DNA from: a bacterium
GTDB taxonomy: Bacteria > UBA8248
Reading direction: 5' to 3'
Assembly (NCBI GenBank): GCA_965213625.1
Contig: CBDBZU010000004.1
Span: 2,048,001-2,112,000, forward strand
DNA: 64,000 nucleotides
The position numbers and the translations under genes are program-made. Position 1 is the stretch's first letter. Each line of letters starts with the position of its first letter. Below, in pieces: positions 50,308-60,328 of this stretch. A model generated the notes under the pieces. The model ran no database searches, was not told where the DNA came from, and was given only the letters and a program-made list of their open reading frames with translations.

Positions 50308-51408
50308 ATGAACCTCAAAAACGGGCCATCCTCCGCGAAATCCGAGAACCCGCAAGGGCGTGAGCGTCGCGAGAAGGCGCTGGACATGGCTTTCAACCAG
50401 ATCAATCGTCAATTCGGCAAAGGCTCCATCATGCGTCTGGGCGAAGGGCCGGGTATGGAGGCGATTCCCGCCATATCGACGGGTTCGGTATCGCTCGACG
50501 CCGCCTTGGGCTGTGGCGGTGTGCCGCGCGGGCGCATCGTCGAGATATTCGGGCCCGAGTCCTCGGGAAAGACGACCATCGCGCTGCAAATCATCGCGGA
50601 GGTGCAGCGGGGCGGCGGCATGGCCGCCTTCGTGGATGCGGAGCACGCTCTGGACCCGACCTACGCCAAGGCGCTCGGGGTGCAGACGGACAACCTCATC
50701 GTCTCCCAGCCCGATACGGGCGAGCAGGCCCTGGAGATAGCCGAGATTCTGACGAGCAGCGGCTCGCTCGACGTGGTCGTCATCGATTCCGTGGCCGCCT
50801 TGGTGCCCAAGGCGGAACTCGAAGGGGACATGGGGGATCACCACGTCGGCCTCCAGGCGCGGCTCATGAGCCAGGCGCTTCGCAAGCTCACGGGCGTGGT
50901 GCACCGCAGCAACACGTGCTTCATCTTCATCAACCAGATTCGCATGAAAATCGGCGTGATGTTCGGCAACCCGGAAACCACTTCGGGCGGGAACGCGCTC
51001 AAATTCTACTCCTCCGTGCGCCTGGACATCCGGCGCATCGCCGCGATCAAGGAAGGCGAGAACAACGTGGGCAACAGGACGCGGGTGCGTGTGGTGAAGA
51101 ACAAGCTCGCACCGCCGTTCCGCACGGCTGAGTTCGACATCATGTTCGGGCGCGGCGTCTCCAGAGAAGGCGACGTGCTCGATCTGGCCGTCGAAAAAGG
51201 CATCGTCGCCAAGACGGGAGCGTGGTATTCCTACGGCGAGGAGCGTATCGGACAGGGGCGCGAGAACGTGAAGCGGTTCTTGGGTGAAAACGCGGATATT
51301 TTTTCGGATATTGACGGCCAGGTCCGCGCCGCCGTCGGAATCGGCGCGCCTGGAGCGGCTGCGGAGGAGAAAGAGGCGCCCCAGGCGCAGGCGGCGACCC
51401 CGAAATAA
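50308..51408 (+). CDS. recA: Recombinase RecA
   Basis: [38 protein letters not shown]; RBS AAGGGAG. Confidence 0.98.
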   Translation: MNLKNGPSSAKSENPQGRERREKALDMAFNQINRQFGKGSIMRLGEGPGMEAIPAISTGSVSLDAALGCGGVPRGRIVEIFGPESSGKTTIALQIIAEVQRGGGMAAFVDAEHALDPTYAKALGVQTDNLIVSQPDTGEQALEIAEILTSSGSLDVVVIDSVAALVPKAELEGDMGDHHVGLQARLMSQALRKLTGVVHRSNTCFIFINQIRMKIGVMFGNPETTSGGNALKFYSSVRLDIRRIAAIKEGENNVGNRTRVRVVKNKLAPPFRTAEFDIMFGRGVSREGDVLDLAVEKGIVAKTGAWYSYGEERIGQGRENVKRFLGENADIFSDIDGQVRAAVGIGAPGAAAEEKEAPQAQAATPK

Positions 51409-51724
51409 GGGCTTAAAACAGCATAACGAAATAAATTTATGCAAGTTGAATTTTTTATTTATTTACCGAAAAACATCGTGAATTTATCTGAATTTATCGA
51501 TATTTTCAGAAATTCGAAGGACGTATTTTCGCTCCACGTCCGGGATGTTCCATCGTTTCGACAGCCCTTCCCCCTCGTCCTTTCGTTCAACAGATTGCAC
51601 ACATGAGCATGCCCTCCTCGCGATGGATTCTGCCATAAGCGCGAAAACTGCGATGACGGCAAATGCGGGGTCGAACCCGGCCGATGAGGGAGAGTTCGCC
51701 GGCCGATGAGGTCAGACTCGTTTG

Positions 51725-52049
51725 AGGAGGGAGCGATTCCACCCCGCCGATCGATGAGGGAGGAATTGGAGGGCCGATGCGTAAGGTATCGCGTTCCCGC
51801 AAGAGGAAAAGCTCGCGCCGCTGTGACCGTCCACCTTTCTACCAGGCGAGCTAAGTTTGATGACACCAAATGTGCGGATATGCGCGCCGCGCCGCTCTGG
51901 AGAGCGAGGAGGGAAATCAGGTTTCAGGTTAGGGTAGACAGCACTTGTAGATCCGAAAGCGACACGGAGCTGCTTCGCTCGCAGCAAACACCGGCGAGAT
52001 CCCGCGCTGCAATTCCAATCCTCCTCGGCGGGGACAATCCATCCCCCCT
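51725..52049 (+). ncRNA. Candidate structured non-coding RNA of unknown family
   Basis: Long-range closing helix (CCCCGCCGA/TCGGCGGGG plus GGAGG-A-ATTGGAG/TTCCAATCCTCC) enclosing several hairpins; no convincing ORF in the 750-bp recA-def gap. Confidence 0.5.
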
Positions 52050-52158
52050 GCACCGGCTTTACCTGAGAATTTGATTCCGCGCTCCGGATGGGTTACATGG
52101 TGAGAAATCGGCTCGGCGAGTGTGTCGATTGCGCCTCAATTTCACCGGGGAATCTCTC

Positions 52159-52668
52159 ATGTCCGTTCTGGAAATCCTCAAGTATCCGGCCCCGGCCCTG
52201 CGCCGGAAATCCCTTCCGGTCGAGCGCGTCACGGAGCGGACCCGGGAACTCGCGCGCTCGATGCTCGATACCATGCACGATGCGCCCGGCGTCGGTCTCG
52301 CCGCCCCCCAGGTGGGGGAGAACGTCCGGCTCATCGTGGTGGACGTTTCGGTCGGGAAAGACCCCAAACAGGTCCATTTTCTCGTCAATCCTGAAATCCA
52401 GAGCGCCGAAGGCGAGCGGATCGTGGAGGAGGGCTGCCTCTCGCTTCCGGGTATCACCGAGAAAATCCGCCGCCGCGAGGCGGTGCGCGTGCGCGCGCTG
52501 AACCTGGAGGGTGAGGAAGTAATCCTCGACGCGCGCGAGGTTCTCGCCTTCGCTCTCCAGCATGAGATCGATCACTTGGACGGAAAACTCATCCTGGATC
52601 ATCTAAACAAGACGAAGCGCGACCTCGTGAAGCGCCGCCTCAAAAAACAGGCCAGGGCCGCCTCTTAG
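52159..52668 (+). CDS. def: Peptide deformylase
   Basis: GVGLAAPQVG, EGCLSLP, QHEIDHLDG. Confidence 0.97.
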   Translation: MSVLEILKYPAPALRRKSLPVERVTERTRELARSMLDTMHDAPGVGLAAPQVGENVRLIVVDVSVGKDPKQVHFLVNPEIQSAEGERIVEEGCLSLPGITEKIRRREAVRVRALNLEGEEVILDAREVLAFALQHEIDHLDGKLILDHLNKTKRDLVKRRLKKQARAAS

Positions 52669-52752
52669 AAAACCCCGTTTCCCTCGTGCTATATTTCGAA
52701 AATTCAACCGCGCGTGGTTTCGGGGGCGCTGCGGTTTTTTCGGGAGGAATCC

Positions 52753-53697
52753 ATGCGGGCGCTCTTTTTCGGTACATCCGAATTCGCCGTACCGACGCTT
52801 CAGGCGTTGATGGCCTCGCCCGTCGAGGTGGCGGCCGTCTTCACGCAGCCGGACAGGCCCGCGGGCAGGGGCCGCAAGCTGACGCCGCCGCCCGTCAAGT
52901 CGCTCGCGCTCGAGGCGGGGCTCCCCGTCTTACAGCCTGAGAGAATCCGCTCGACCGACGTCGCGGATTTCCGGCCCGACTTAGGCGTCGTGGCGGCCTA
53001 TGGGCAGATTCTGAGTAGGAAACTGCTGGGCGTTCCCCGGTTGGGGCTGTTGAACTTACACCCCTCCCTTCTTCCGCGCTGGCGGGGAGCCGCGCCCATA
53101 CAGCGTGCTCTTTTGGAGGGAGACGCCGAAACGGGGGTCTGCGTGATGCGGGTCGCGCCCGAACTCGACGCCGGCGCCGTTCTTTCGAAGCGTTCCCTGC
53201 CCATCGGGGCGAGGGACACGTCCGGCTCTCTGCACGACAAGCTGGCCGCCCTGGGCGCCGGGCAGATGGTGGCGACGCTGCTCGCTCTCGAAAAAGGAGA
53301 GGCCACGGAGGAGCCGCAGGATGAATCCCTGGTCACCTATGCGGAAAAACTACAGAAAGAAGAAGCGAAACTCGATTGGCGCTTGCCCGCAGGCAACATC
53401 GATAGACAGATTCGGGGGCTGAACCCCTGGCCGGTCGCCGTGACCTCATGGCCGGGTATGGCGAACCCGGTGCGGATATGGAGCGCCTGGCCGGTTCCGG
53501 GAGAATCGGGCGGAGCGGCAGGTGAGGTTCTGGGGCTGGGCGAATCACCCGAGGGCGCGGGAATCCGCGTGGCGACGGGAGAGGGCGATTTGGTGATACT
53601 GGAAATTCAGCCGCCGGGCAAGAAGAAGATGGACGGGGGCGCATTCGCGAGGGGATATCCCTGTAAACCCGGTCTCATGCTCGGAGAGGGCGTGTGA
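52753..53697 (+). CDS. fmt: Methionyl-tRNA formyltransferase
   Basis: FFGTSEFA, TQPDRPAGRG, NLHPSLLPRWRGAAPIQ, LDAG. Confidence 0.96.
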   Translation: MRALFFGTSEFAVPTLQALMASPVEVAAVFTQPDRPAGRGRKLTPPPVKSLALEAGLPVLQPERIRSTDVADFRPDLGVVAAYGQILSRKLLGVPRLGLLNLHPSLLPRWRGAAPIQRALLEGDAETGVCVMRVAPELDAGAVLSKRSLPIGARDTSGSLHDKLAALGAGQMVATLLALEKGEATEEPQDESLVTYAEKLQKEEAKLDWRLPAGNIDRQIRGLNPWPVAVTSWPGMANPVRIWSAWPVPGESGGAAGEVLGLGESPEGAGIRVATGEGDLVILEIQPPGKKKMDGGAFARGYPCKPGLMLGEGV

Positions 53698-55063
53698 GCC
53701 GGAACCTCGCGCTCAGCGGGAAAAGCGCGCGTTCCGCCGACCTCGTTCGCCGGGCGGCGCATGCCGCTCTCCTTTCTTTCGAGAAAGCGCCCATCGCGGC
53801 GGACCTGCTGGTCGAGCGATTCTCCTCAAAGGGTTTCGACGCGCGCGACCGCGCGTTTCTGCGCGAGTTGGTCTATGGCGTCTTGCGGTGGCGGAGTCGC
53901 CTGGATTTCGTTTCCGCCCATTTCCTGAACAAACCGAACGTGGCCCCTCCGGTGCGAGAAGCATTGCGGTTGGGGACTTATCAGCTTTTGTTCATGGACC
54001 GCGTGCCTGCGCACAGCGCGGTGGACGGCGCGGTTTCCTTGCTGAATCGTCCGAACCTTGGCTGGGCGAAGGGATTGGTAAACGCGGTGTTGCGCAAGGT
54101 GGCGGAGGGTGAAGTCGCACCGCCTGAAAACATCGAGGATTATCTCACGCTCTGGGAGTCCCACCCGAGGTGGCTGGTGAAGCGCTGGATTCGAAATCTC
54201 GGGGAAGAGGAGGCGCTGAGAAGATGCCGGGCGAACAACGAGGAGGCGCCGGTCGTCTTGCGCGTGAATACGCAAGCATCGAGCGCCCGGAGTCTGATGA
54301 CCGAACTCGCAAGCGAGGGCGTCGAGGCGAGACCAGGCCGCGTGGACCCGGACTGTCTGTTATATCTGCCGGATGAGAGCGCGCCGGGTGCGCGCTTCAG
54401 CGATACGGCGGCTTGGCGCGAGGGCAGGTTCATCGTTATGGATGAGAGTTCGAGCCTGGTGTCGCGTTTCGCAGGCGCCTCCCTGGAGAGAGAATTCTCG
54501 ATGCCTGCGCGGCCCCCGGCGGAAAAACGGCTTGCCTCCTGTGGGCGGCGGGAGAGGATGGAAGCGTCGTTTCGGGAGAATCTTCCCCTCGCCGCCTCGC
54601 TATTCTCAAGCGTAATTGTGTTAGGATTCGGGCGGATGCGCGGCTCTTGCGGATGGATGCGGCAAAGCCGCCTTTTCAGGATATATTCGACCTCGTTCTC
54701 GTGGATGCGCCTTGCAGCGGACTGGGTGTTTTCAGGCGGCATCCCGATGCGAGATGGCGGCTGAAAGAAGAAGACCTGGACGTGCAGGCGCGTCGTCAGG
54801 CGGCGATTTTACAAGGCGCTGCCCGTGCGGTGCGGCCCGGCGGCAGGCTGGTCTATTCGGTTTGTACGAACGAGCCCGAGGAAACCGGGGAGGTGGTGGC
54901 TTTCTTCCAGGAGCCCGGCTTCGTCCCCATCCGCGACGGGGGCGCGCTCCCCGAAGGCGCGCGAGGATTTCTGGAAACCGGCGGATCCTTGCGGATTACG
55001 CTGGGAGATGGGCTTGATGGCTTTTTCGCCATGAGTTGGCGCAAAGAGGGCGGAAATTGCTGA
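53694..55063 (+). pseudogene. rsmB: 16S rRNA m5C967 methyltransferase RsmB/Sun, split by a single-base frameshift at ~54481-54483
   Basis: Frame 1 gives the NusB-like N-terminus to ...DESSSLVSRFAGAS. The -1 frame from 54482 gives PGERILDACAAPGGKT...VLVDAPCSG.G..RRHPD...YSVCT. Could be an assembly error. Confidence 0.8.
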
Positions 55064-55995
55064 AAGGGATACTGAAAGGCATTTTCTGGGTTGCGCTCCT
55101 TGTCGCCTTGGGCGGCGCCGGGGGCGCTGCGGGTCTATACGTCTTCAGAGGGGGTGAGGGCGTCTTCCTGCCCCGGGTCGCGGGTCTCGACGTAGTTCGC
55201 GCGCTGGAATTGCTGGGCGAGAAGGAAATACCCATGCAGGTCACCGGGCGCGTGTTCAGCGATGCCGTATCCATGAACCACGTCGTGCGCCAGAATCCTC
55301 CCGGCGGACGCCGCATACGCAAGGGCAGAACCGTATCGCTCGTTCTCAGCAAGGGTCCGCGCGACGTGGCGGTGCCTGCGGTGGTGGGCAAGAACCTGAA
55401 CCGAGCGGAGAGTCTCATCCGCCAGGAAGGCCTTCGCGTCCGGCTGGTGGAACGGTTGTACGATCCTAAGCGGCCCATCGATCAGGTCTTGGGCGTGTGG
55501 CCGAATGAGGGTGAAAGCATCAGACGCGGTGAGGGCGTGATGCTCGTCGTCAGCCAGGGTTCCCGCGAGCGGGCCTACGTCATGCCCTCCCTGATCGGGG
55601 AGCCCGTCAACAACGCCCTCGACAAGGTTCGTACGCTTGGCTTGAACGTCGGTCGCGTGCGCTACGTGGATCGTCCGGGCTCGCTCAGGGGTTCCATCGT
55701 TTCGCAGATACCGCCGCGTGGGCGGCGTGTCCTGGCGGGGCACCGGGTGCACGTGGACGTGGCGCGCGGTGCGGACCAGATGGCGGGGAATTTCATTGTC
55801 CTGCGCTACCGTGTGCCGCACGGCAAACCCAGGCGCGCGCTACGCGTGGAACTCGAATCGAACGGCGAGACGCGCGAGGAACTCTCCCGCGAGGTGAGCG
55901 CGGGCGAGGAGATTCACCTGCTGGTGCGGGTGAAGGGCGAAGCGAGAGCGCGTATATTCCTGGATGGCCGTCTGGTCGAAGAACAAACGCATTAG
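55057..55995 (+). CDS. Membrane-anchored PASTA-domain protein (three PASTA repeats)
   Basis: N-terminal TM helix; LPRVAG, VPAVVG and MPSLIG repeats with Q.P..G. Confidence 0.88.
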   Translation: MLKGILKGIFWVALLVALGGAGGAAGLYVFRGGEGVFLPRVAGLDVVRALELLGEKEIPMQVTGRVFSDAVSMNHVVRQNPPGGRRIRKGRTVSLVLSKGPRDVAVPAVVGKNLNRAESLIRQEGLRVRLVERLYDPKRPIDQVLGVWPNEGESIRRGEGVMLVVSQGSRERAYVMPSLIGEPVNNALDKVRTLGLNVGRVRYVDRPGSLRGSIVSQIPPRGRRVLAGHRVHVDVARGADQMAGNFIVLRYRVPHGKPRRALRVELESNGETREELSREVSAGEEIHLLVRVKGEARARIFLDGRLVEEQTH

Positions 55996-56008
55996 GGAAG
56001 GAATCGAC

Positions 56009-56686
56009 ATGGCGAAGCCCGATATGGCGCCCGGAAAAATACGGGTCGCGCCCTCTTTGCTCTCTTGCTCTTTCGAGAGGATGGGCGAAGAGATAGCGGC
56101 GGTGCGCGAAGCCGGGGCGGACTGGCTGCATTTCGACGTGATGGACGGGCATTTCGTCCCCAACATTTCCGTGGGGCCTTTGGGCGTCGAGGCGGCGAGG
56201 CGAGCCGCGCCCGGCTTGGTTCTCGACGTGCACTTGATGATTGCGGAGCCGGATCGCTATATCGATGCGTTTGCGGATGCGGGCGCGGACATTCTGACGG
56301 TGCACGTGGAGGCGCCGAGGCACATACACCGCACCTTGCAGAGTATACGCGGGCGCGGCCTGGGCGTCGGGCTGACGCTCAACCCCGGAACGCCGCTCTC
56401 ATTGGTAGAGGGCCTGCTGCCGGAAGTGGATATGGTCCTCGTCATGAGCGTGAACCCTGGTTTCGGCGGCCAGAAATTCATCCCGGCTTCCCTGGAGCGG
56501 ATCCGGCGTCTGAAAGAGATGATCGACGCGGCGGGACTGTCGGTTCTGATAGAGGTCGACGGCGGTGTCACGCCGCGCAATGCGGCGGAAATACGCGCGG
56601 CGGGCGCTGAGGCGCTGGTGGCCGGTTCCGCCGTATTCGGAGCGAAAGATTACGCAGAGGCCATACGCGGCATCAGGGGTGGTTGA
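56009..56686 (+). CDS. rpe: Ribulose-phosphate 3-epimerase
   Basis: APSLLS, HFDVMDGHFVPN, DVHLMI, MSVNPGFGGQ, EVDGG. Confidence 0.97.
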   Translation: MAKPDMAPGKIRVAPSLLSCSFERMGEEIAAVREAGADWLHFDVMDGHFVPNISVGPLGVEAARRAAPGLVLDVHLMIAEPDRYIDAFADAGADILTVHVEAPRHIHRTLQSIRGRGLGVGLTLNPGTPLSLVEGLLPEVDMVLVMSVNPGFGGQKFIPASLERIRRLKEMIDAAGLSVLIEVDGGVTPRNAAEIRAAGAEALVAGSAVFGAKDYAEAIRGIRGG

Positions 56687-57230
56687 AAATCCCGGTTCTG
56701 GTAGCGAGCGCGTAACCCTCATCATTTTGAGATACCGAATCGACCACACCCTGAGTAGCTGGAAAGGGCTTTTTCAACAACCCCTTGTCAGGGGGTCATA
56801 CGCGAGTGAGGAACGAGCGTTTGGATAAGCCATTGGCGGGAAACGCATCGGTTTGCAATTCCTCCCTCCTCAGGGCTGTTGAAAAAGCCCTAATGAATGA
56901 GGGTTTGACGCGCCCGACGAAAGTATAAGAACCACTCCCCCCTTGAGGGGGAGTCGATGAAGCCGAGCGATATTTGCGAAGGCTGAATCGGTGGGGGGTA
57001 AAATGCGTTTTATTGCCATTCCGAATCATACCCCCCACCAGTTCGCTTTCGGGCTTACGCCCTCAGCTCACTGACTCCCCCTCAAGGGGGGAGTGATTTT
57101 TCTCCCTCATCGTTCGAGAGCGCCCCTTCGATACGCGGCTTCGCCGCAACTCAGGATGAGGCGGAAAAGACTTATTCAACAGACCCTTCTCGGTCGGAAT
57201 TGACCCCTGACAAGGGGGAGCAGGGGGGGT
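56676..57230. mobile_element. Nested cluster of MITE/REP-like inverted-repeat elements
   Basis: Four copies of a GG(T/C)TGTTGAA(A/T)AAG-like end; a perfect 23-bp IR at 56933-56955/57073-57095; an outer [16 protein letters not shown] at 56781 and ~57204-57217. Confidence 0.72.
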
Positions 57231-57367
57231 GCTTTTCCAGCCGAAAGGGGGCGTACCCTCTTCACTATAATTATGGGGTCTTCCATAGGCCCCGTCAGGG
57301 ACGGCTGAGCAGCGGCTTTCTTGTCCGCATATTCGCATACGCAAAGGCCCATGCCATCCGCACGCAG

Positions 57368-57397
57368 TTGACACCCGCCGCATAAAATCCTTATAAG
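57368..57397 (+). promoter_or_regulatory. Putative sigma70 promoter of the ffh operon
   Basis: TTGACA-18 nt-TATAAG about 70 nt upstream of the ffh ATG. Confidence 0.55.
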
Positions 57398-57469
57398 TTG
57401 GGGTTCCTCACCCGGCCTTGCGGGTGGAAAATCGAAAACATATTGAATATCAATCAGTTGGGGTGTTCG

Positions 57470-58804
57470 ATGTTTGACGGATTGAAAGAGCGCCTGGGCG
57501 GAATCTTCAAGGACTTGAGAAGCCGGGGCGTTTTGGGAGAAAAAGAGGTCGATTCAGCGCTTCGCGAGATTCGACTGGCGCTGCTCGAAGCCGACGTGAA
57601 CTTCCGGGTCGCCAAGGATTTGGTGGCGAAAATCCGCGAAGATCTGGTCGGTGTGGAGCGCGTCGCGCACCTCGATCCCTCCCAGCAGGTCATCAAAGCG
57701 GTCCAGGGGCGTCTCACGGAACTCATGGGCGCAAAGAGCGCTCCGCTAGGGCGCGCTTCGAGTGGCGTCACGACCGTGATGCTCGTCGGGCTGCAGGGCT
57801 CGGGAAAAACGACGACGGCCGGCAAGATCGCCTTGAAGCTCAAAAGCAAGGGACTGCGCGTTCTTCTCGTGCCTGCGGACGTCGCGCGGCCGGCGGCCAT
57901 CACCCAGCTCAAGCGGCTGGCCGAGCAGACGGGTGCCGACGCGTTCGATTCGGAAGGGGTGCCGAGCCCTGTTGAAATCGTCCGGCAGGCCACGGAACGC
58001 GCCCGGCTCGAGCATTTCGATTACTGCATCGTGGACAGCGCGGGCCGGCTGCACATCGATGACGCCCTGATGGACGAGTTAAGGCAGATGAAAGAAGCGG
58101 CGCGGCCCGATGAGGTGCTCCTGGTCGCGGACGCCATGACGGGCCAGGAAGCGGTGAATTTGGGCGCGGCGTTTTCCGAGCGAATCGGCATCACGGGCGT
58201 CGTGTTGACGAAGCTCGACGGCGACGCCAGGGGCGGCGGCGCCCTTTCGCTGCGCTCGGTGACTGGCGTGCCCGTCAAAATGGCCGGTGTGGGCGAGAAA
58301 CTCGATGCGCTCGAGGATTTTCATCCCGAGAGAATGGCCTCGCGGATTCTGGGCATGGGGGACGTCATGTCCCTCATCGAGAAGGCCGAGGCCGCCATCT
58401 CCCCCGATGACGCGCAATCCATGGTGGAATCCCTCGGCAAGGGGACGTTCACCCTCGTGACGATGAAAGAGCAGATTCTTCAGATGCGGAAGATGGGTTC
58501 GATGGGCGATGTCTTGTCCATGATACCGGGGCTGGGAAACAAGATGCCCGACGTGGATATCGACGAGAAGGAACTCTCGCGCACGGTGGCCATCATCGAT
58601 TCGATGACGCCGACCGAGCGTACGAAGCCCGAAATCATCAAGGGCAGCCGCAGAAAACGCATCGCCGCCGGGAGCGGCACCCGCGTGCAGGACGTGAACC
58701 GGCTGCTCAAGCAATTCGCGCAAACACAAAAACTGATGAAGCAATTTTCAAAGGGCGGCAAGAAAAAACAGATGCAGAGAATGCGTCAAATGCTTAATTT
58801 CTAG
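57470..58804 (+). CDS. ffh: Signal recognition particle protein
   Basis: [31 protein letters not shown], Met-rich M domain with [11 protein letters not shown]. Confidence 0.98.
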   Translation: MFDGLKERLGGIFKDLRSRGVLGEKEVDSALREIRLALLEADVNFRVAKDLVAKIREDLVGVERVAHLDPSQQVIKAVQGRLTELMGAKSAPLGRASSGVTTVMLVGLQGSGKTTTAGKIALKLKSKGLRVLLVPADVARPAAITQLKRLAEQTGADAFDSEGVPSPVEIVRQATERARLEHFDYCIVDSAGRLHIDDALMDELRQMKEAARPDEVLLVADAMTGQEAVNLGAAFSERIGITGVVLTKLDGDARGGGALSLRSVTGVPVKMAGVGEKLDALEDFHPERMASRILGMGDVMSLIEKAEAAISPDDAQSMVESLGKGTFTLVTMKEQILQMRKMGSMGDVLSMIPGLGNKMPDVDIDEKELSRTVAIIDSMTPTERTKPEIIKGSRRKRIAAGSGTRVQDVNRLLKQFAQTQKLMKQFSKGGKKKQMQRMRQMLNF

Positions 58805-58815
58805 GGAGATATACT

Positions 58816-59061
58816 TTGGCCGTAAAAATCAGACTTGCCCGTGGGGGTATGAAAAAAGCGCCGCGCTACCGTGTCGTCGTGCAGGATGAGCGCATGCCGC
58901 GCGATGGTCGTTTCATCGAAAGCATCGGCCGCTATGATCCGTCGGAAGACCCCGCATTCGTTCATATCGATCTCGAGAAGGCGAAAGCCTGGATTGACAA
59001 GGGCGCCATCCCGACCCGGACGGTCAAGAATCTTCTCGACAGGGCAGGCATCAACGATTAG
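58816..59061 (+). CDS. rpsP: 30S ribosomal protein S16
   Basis: [32 protein letters not shown]. Confidence 0.96.
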   Translation: MAVKIRLARGGMKKAPRYRVVVQDERMPRDGRFIESIGRYDPSEDPAFVHIDLEKAKAWIDKGAIPTRTVKNLLDRAGIND

Positions 59062-59068
59062 GGAAGCC

Positions 59069-59575
59069 ATGAGTGGTAGGGTGGCCGTGGGTGTCGCGCT
59101 CAGGCCCCACGGCATCAAGGGAGCCGTTCGGGTGGAGCCTTGGCTCGATGACTTGGCCGCCTATGGGCGAATCGAGGAAGTGTTCTCGCGCGATGAGCCT
59201 GCGAGGATGTTCGAGATAGCGGCCTGTCACCGGGGCGGCAAGGGAGCCGTCGTCTGGAAGTTTATGGGAATCGACACCCCCGAAGACGCCGAGGCGCTGC
59301 GGGGGGTTGTTTTTCTGGCGGACAGGAAATTCTTGGATGGCCCCGATGAGGGGGTTCTTTACTTTGAGGATTTCGAAGGCTGCGAAGTCATCGACGAGAA
59401 AGGAAATCCCATCGGGCGCGTGGTGGACATGTTCGGGGCCGGTGGAAACGACGTCATCGTCATCCGCACCCCCGGTGGAGAGGAGTTGCTCGTACCCGCC
59501 ACGCGCGAGGTCGTATTGAGGCGCGAGGGGGAATGCTGGATTTTCCGTCCTCCTAAGTTCGCCGACGAGGATTGA
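59069..59575 (+). CDS. rimM: Ribosome maturation factor RimM
   Basis: PHGIKGAV, GIDTPEDAEALRG, GGNDV, LLVP; sits between rpsP and trmD. Confidence 0.9.
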   Translation: MSGRVAVGVALRPHGIKGAVRVEPWLDDLAAYGRIEEVFSRDEPARMFEIAACHRGGKGAVVWKFMGIDTPEDAEALRGVVFLADRKFLDGPDEGVLYFEDFEGCEVIDEKGNPIGRVVDMFGAGGNDVIVIRTPGGEELLVPATREVVLRREGECWIFRPPKFADED

Positions 59576-59584
59576 GGAGGTCTC

Positions 59585-60313
59585 ATGCGCATTGACGTTC
59601 TTTCCGTTCTGCCCCGCATGGTGGAAGAGGCGTTTCGAGAGGGCGTCGTGGGGCGCGCGGTCGAGGGCGGCCTTCTTGAGCTGAAGGTCTGGAATCTGCG
59701 CGATTTCGCGGAAGGGAAGTATCAACAGGTCGACGATGCTCCCTTCGGCGGTGGGGCGGGTATGGTCATGAAGCCCGAACCCATCCTGAGGGGCATCCGG
59801 GCGATTCGCGAAGACGACGAAACCGAACCGCTCAAGGTGCTGCTCACGCCGCAGGGGCGGCTGTTCGATCAGGCGACCGCCCGCAGGTATTCCGAGGCGT
59901 CCCGGCTGCTCCTCATCTGCGGCCGCTACGAGGGCGTGGACGAGCGGGTGTGTGAGTTGTGCGTGGATGAGGAAGTCTCTATCGGCGATTACGTGCTCTC
60001 AGGAGGAGAGATTCCGGCCATGGCCGTCATCGACGCCGTCGGCAGGCTCATCCCCGGCGTCTTGGGGAACGATGCTTCCGCCGCCCAGGACAGCTTCACC
60101 GACGGACTGCTCGATCATCCCCACTACACGCGGCCTGCGGAGTTCGAGGGAGTCTGCGCGCCGGACGTGCTCTTATCCGGCGATCACGAGGCGGTTCGTC
60201 TCTGGAGGAGGCGCCAGGCGCTCGAGAGAACGCGGGAGAGGCGGGTAGACCTCTTCGAACGTGCCGAATTGAGCGATGAGGATATGCGCCTGCTTGAATC
60301 TTCGCAGACTTAA
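59585..60313 (+). CDS. trmD: tRNA (guanine37-N1)-methyltransferase
   Basis: VDDAPFGGGAGMVMKPEP, CGRYEGVDER, SIGDYVLSGGE, PHYTRP. Confidence 0.97.
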   Translation: MRIDVLSVLPRMVEEAFREGVVGRAVEGGLLELKVWNLRDFAEGKYQQVDDAPFGGGAGMVMKPEPILRGIRAIREDDETEPLKVLLTPQGRLFDQATARRYSEASRLLLICGRYEGVDERVCELCVDEEVSIGDYVLSGGEIPAMAVIDAVGRLIPGVLGNDASAAQDSFTDGLLDHPHYTRPAEFEGVCAPDVLLSGDHEAVRLWRRRQALERTRERRVDLFERAELSDEDMRLLESSQT

Positions 60314-60328
60314 AAGGATGGCGGCGTA

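Noticed and set aside
51666-51680. tRNA T-loop-like GGGTTCGACCCCG on the minus strand
   Set aside because: Only a 4-bp stem with a 6-nt loop; no acceptor, D or anticodon arms.
51894-51930. Glycine riboswitch-like words CTCTGGAGAG and TTTCAGG
   Set aside because: The CACCGAAGG element and the tandem aptamer spacing are missing, and the downstream gene (def) is unrelated to glycine.
51706-52074. 122-aa ORF overlapping the candidate ncRNA
   Set aside because: No recognisable motifs and an Arg/Ser/Pro-rich shadow-ORF composition; the base-pairing explains the region better.
57291-57316. SRP RNA helix-8-like CCGTCAGG...AGCAGCGG upstream of ffh
   Set aside because: Lacks the GGAA tetraloop and correct spacing, folds more simply as CCGTC-AGG-GACGG, and lies upstream of the predicted promoter.
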